From positions 248,001 through 312,000 of the forward strand of contig LVLI01000101.1 of NCBI GenBank assembly GCA_001687465.1: a DNA stretch of 64,000 nt. The letters run 5' to 3'. The notes under the pieces are model-generated. The model was not told the origin of the DNA and searched no databases. It saw nothing but the letters and a program-made list of their open reading frames with translations. This document shows, in pieces, positions 60,039 through 64,000 of the stretch; position 1 is the first letter of the stretch; each line of letters opens with the position of its first letter. The stretch is from Halocafeteria seosinensis (lineage: Eukaryota). Both the position numbers and the translations under genes were made by a program.

Positions 60039-63000
60039 ATGAGCACAAATAACAATACGGCGGACCAAACAAGCTCTTCTGGAGGGGATACCTCGGGGAA
60101 GAAGTCCCAATTAACTCGAGAGCAATTATTAACCTACATTAAGCGTCAACAGAAGACTATAAAAACGCTGAAAGAAGAGAATGAGCAATTGAAACATTCG
60201 TCAAAACCCGAGGAGAATGCCTGCCAAACCCCGGAACGCTCTGGAAGAGCAGAGTCTTCCACTCCTACAGACACAGCAGGAGCTACAGGCACAGGAGAGG
60301 CCTCTTCGAGCTCTCACAAGGCCGCAGCTCCCTCGCTGCATCAAGAGGAAGAGAGGGCGAACGCCTCTGTCGAAGATGGAGGGGAGGGAGAAACGGTGTC
60401 CAAGAAAACATACAGGGATTTGTTTGCGAAATCGAAAAAGCTAATGCAGAAATATAAAGAAGCCTCCAAGGAGATAGAGGATAAACAGCAGGAATTAGAT
60501 TCAGTAAAGCGGCAGAATGAAGAACAAGTGTCACAGCTTCGGGAGGAGCTGCAACAAAAGGACCAACAGATTCAGCACCTGGAGAGTGATAAAGAAGCAC
60601 GTGTCGCCAAAGTACAGGAAGAATATGAAGCAGAAATATCCCAGCTGAGGGAAGAGGTAGAAAACAAAAGGACACATATACAGGAACTAGAAGACAAACA
60701 ACAAAGAGACAGCAAGGAACTAAATGAGAACGTGTCAACTTTACGGCAGCGGCTTGCAGAAAAAGACGAAAATTTGTCGGAGTTGCAGAAACAAATTAGA
60801 GAAAAGGATGAAAATTTGTCAAGCCTACGACAGCAGATTGAACAAAACGATGATAATTTGTCTGGTCTAAAGAAACAGCTTGAAGAGAAGGATGACGATT
60901 TGTCCAGTCTGCAGAAGCAGCTTGAAGAGAAGGAAGAAAGCTTGTCAAGTCTACAGAAGCAGTTGGAAGAGAAGGATGACAACCTCTCAAATTCACAGAA
61001 GCAGCTTGAAGAAAAGGATGAACACATCCAAGCGCTATATCGTGAGAATGAAGAAGGAAGAGGTGAAAATGTAGAACTACCGCGTCTACAAGAAGAACTC
61101 CGTTCCAAGGATGAGAAATTACAGGCTCTTGAAGACGAGAAAAGACATTATGAAGGGAGACTGAGCGAACTTCAACAAGAATGGGAGAATGAGAAGGAGC
61201 GTTACCGCGAGATCGAACAACAATTGGATGGAAAGAACGAAAGAATACAAACCCTTGAACAAGAACTTAGCGGCCAAGAAAAGCAACCTGAACGGGAGAA
61301 CGGGAGTGAAACTAGCCTCAAGGGGGAAAGGGAAGAGAGTGAACAGACAAGGGCCGAAGCAGAACAACAAGCAGCATACCCCATCTCAACTGGCGCTTCC
61401 AAAATGGAAAATGATAGCAAACTTCAGATAAGCAACCTGCAATTGCAGTTGGAAGACAAGCTCAGCGAGGTCCAGAAGACCACGGAAGAAAAACAAGCCT
61501 TGGAACAACAACTAGCAGAATTACAGCAGAATTTGGACGAATCCCGTAATGCGTTTCAAAAGGAGCTTGAAGAAGCTCGGGGCAAAATAGAGTCTCTGGA
61601 AGAAGAAAAGAAAAACCTGAGGGAGACAAACAATCATCATTTGCAGGAAATCTCGACGAAGGACAACGAATTACGAGAGAAAGAGGAAAGAGTGGAAACT
61701 GAACATGAGGAGAAGAAGAAAGCTATGGAGGACGCAGAAGAACTGCGCAATAAAATTTCCAACCTAGAGCGAGAAATCAAGGACAAGGAAAGCGAAATAG
61801 AAGAACAGAAACGTCATGTTGAAGACCTTCAAGTGAAGAGCAAGCCTTGTGCACAGGAAAATGGCAACGAAGCAATGGCTGACTTTGACGAAACTTGTGA
61901 AGAAAACGAGACTCTTGAGTCGCACAGTGAACGTCGAGATGAGCCACCAGTCACGGATTCCGGTTCGATGGAGCAAGGATGCCAAACTTTACAAGATCAT
62001 ACAGGCACCAATGGTTCGGAACTTACTGAGATTCTACAGGAAATTGTTTCTATCCTCAGCCCACATTCAAAGCACGGGCCAGGGGAAGATGAAAACTCGA
62101 GTGATTCAGATGCCGTAAAGTTTGCGAAACAATATGCCCAAGAAGCCGCAGAGCAGATCACTGAGTTGCAGGTATATCTTTCATCTCATAGATATTCTGA
62201 GTAACCTATTTTATATTTTTTCTTGTGTCGCTTTCCTCGCAGCGCAACCTGTCTGACACGAAAGAAACGCTTACAGAGACGAAGGAGTGGTATCAAGCGG
62301 AGATGAAAAGGACTATGGATAGTGCTTCTGGAGAGAAACAAAAGCTGCAACAGGAACGAGATAGCTTACAAGAGCAGTTAGTGAGTACTTTGTTTGACGG
62401 CCAGTTTCTAGTCATTCTTTACCTTGGTTTTTGTGAAATGCAGAATGCCTTGGAAAACGACAGAAAGAAAGTGGAGCAGCTGGAAGAGCAAGTGCGCCAG
62501 TTCAGGAACCAAGAAAAGGATCTGAAAGAGGATATACAGAATCTAAAGAAGAGGTGCAACAATTTGGATACCACCAACGAAAGCATGCGCAAACAACTGG
62601 AGGAGAAAGAACAGCAATTGAAAACGTACCAGGAGAGATCGGATGAGGAGAACACGGCGTCCAAGAAAAATGAGGACCTAAACAAGAAAATCCAGCACCA
62701 GCGAAAACTGCTGCGACAACAGCAGGGAATGATAAAGTCACTCCAAAAGGAATTATCCCTTATCAATGAGCCGCCTGTCTTATATGACATGCTTCTAGAG
62801 ATTAGACTTCCCAGTTTGGAGAGTGCCAGAAACAGCGAATACTGGGAATCGTGGGGATACATACTTGAAGTGCGTTCTATGGATAAAGCGAAGAGAAGGG
62901 AACAAAGTGGAAATGCCCTGGATACTTTGGAAGAACAGAGTACGGACGCCTCGGTTGCGTCGCATACTTCGAAGTGTAGATGGGTGCCATTTTCTGAGCT

Positions 63001-64000
63001 ACTGCGGTGGGATCCGGCACTGTGTGCTAATACAAAATGGAGAAGTAGACTCAAGCAGGACCGTGAGCGTCTTGGGATCGCGGCTTCTTCGTCGACTGTT
63101 TCTTCTGAAGACTATGACAGAGGGGTCTCAGAGCTTTCTTCTGCACGATCGGAGCTGCTAACGTTTTTGAAGCAATACTCAGCTTCAGATACCAAACAGC
63201 TTACGCATGTCCTGTCGAAATTAGGGTTAACTGATTCTGAATCTAGGGAGATCCCAGAGACCGTAGGAAAGCTTTTAGAAGGCACCAATGAAGCCATTTT
63301 TTGTGCCCTTTTGGATTCGGCCACTACAGGGTCAAACGATAACCAAAAGTCTAAAGTCTCTAGTGTCAATTCCCTGCTACAGATGCTGTTGACGTCTATT
63401 TACGATTCGGCTCACGGTCAAGCATCAGGGCATTTGGAACAAGAGTTGTCCAAAGTAAGAGACGAACTAGACCAACAAAAGGAAGAGAATACGCAGTTAC
63501 GGCACCAAAACGAAGAATTGAGGGAAGACTTTAAGAAGCATAAACTACGAGCCAAGAAAGCTGTGCACTATGAACGGAAGAAGTCAAGAAGCAATGAGCA
63601 AAAAGAATCGCAGGAACGCCACGAAGAAGAAATGGAACACAGCAGATTGTTAGAAGAGGTAGAAAATTTGAAATCGGAGGTGGAAGACTTACAAAACAAG
63701 AACTCTCAGTTGAGAGAAGAAAACAGCTACTTGAAAAAGTCGAAAGATGAGCTGCATTCGGATTTCTCCTTGTTGGAGAAGGACTACGAGAGTCTCCAAA
63801 GAAGTTTAGCTCAGATGCAAAATCGCTCCTCTGGACAACATGATACAGAAAAACTTCTGAAAGACAAGGATTCGGAAATAGAGAAATTGGAGCAAATGTT
63901 AGATACTCAAAGAGAACGTCTAAAATCAGTTCAGGAGGAATTGAGGGAGAGCCGACGCAAGTTGTTGGAATCGCAAAGCAAGGTTGCTCAGTTAAAATCT
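60039..64000 (+). CDS. Long coiled-coil protein, GCC185/GCC2-like golgin (3' partial)
   Basis: N-terminal LTREQLLTYIKRQQKTIKTLKEE resembles the GCC2 N-terminus; introns ~62172-62242 and ~62381-62442; E/K/Q-rich frame appears to stay open from 62443 to the window end. Confidence 0.75.
60759..61022 (+). repeat. Coding 42-nt (14-aa) tandem repeat EKD(E/D)NLSSLQKQLE, ~6 units
   Basis: EKDENLSELQKQIR / EKDENLSSLRQQIE / QNDDNLSGLKKQLE / EKDDDLSSLQKQLE / EKEESLSSLQKQLE / EKDDNLSNSQKQLE. Confidence 0.9.

Overview
Gene-dense, intron-containing eukaryotic nuclear DNA with short GT-AG introns (mostly ~55-90 nt) and the standard genetic code. It comes from a flagellated protist, plausibly a stramenopile; this is an inference from the CFAP97-like, bHLH-PAS, AP2, R2R3-Myb and PEX7 genes. 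About 25 protein-coding genes can be reconstructed by manual splicing: a Nudix hydrolase, a large PH/RGS protein, a Rieske ferredoxin, a MAPKK, two mitochondrial carrier paralogs each followed by a Myb paralog, an unknown membrane protein, a CNBD-type channel with a degenerate filter, an AP2 factor, gamma-glutamyl hydrolase, a PPR protein, long-chain acyl-CoA synthetase, a TM+SAM protein, an RDD protein, a GH37 trehalase, TFIIA-gamma, PEX7, two convergent bHLH-PAS genes, a CFAP97-like protein, a chondroitin-synthase-like GT, a CLC antiporter, SRP receptor beta, a PYM/eIF2A-C-like protein and a GCC185-like golgin that runs off the window. No rRNA, tRNA, CRISPR array or intact transposon was recognised. 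The most interesting items are the paired bHLH-PAS locus with Cys/His motifs (candidate sensor or clock-like heterodimer), the channel lacking GYG, the TFIIA-gamma lacking its TBP-contact aromatics, the duplicated carrier+Myb cassette with an associated dispersed motif, and a phage-like Nudix gene. All family assignments come from motif recognition by eye, with no database searches. Coordinates of spliced genes span start to stop including introns.
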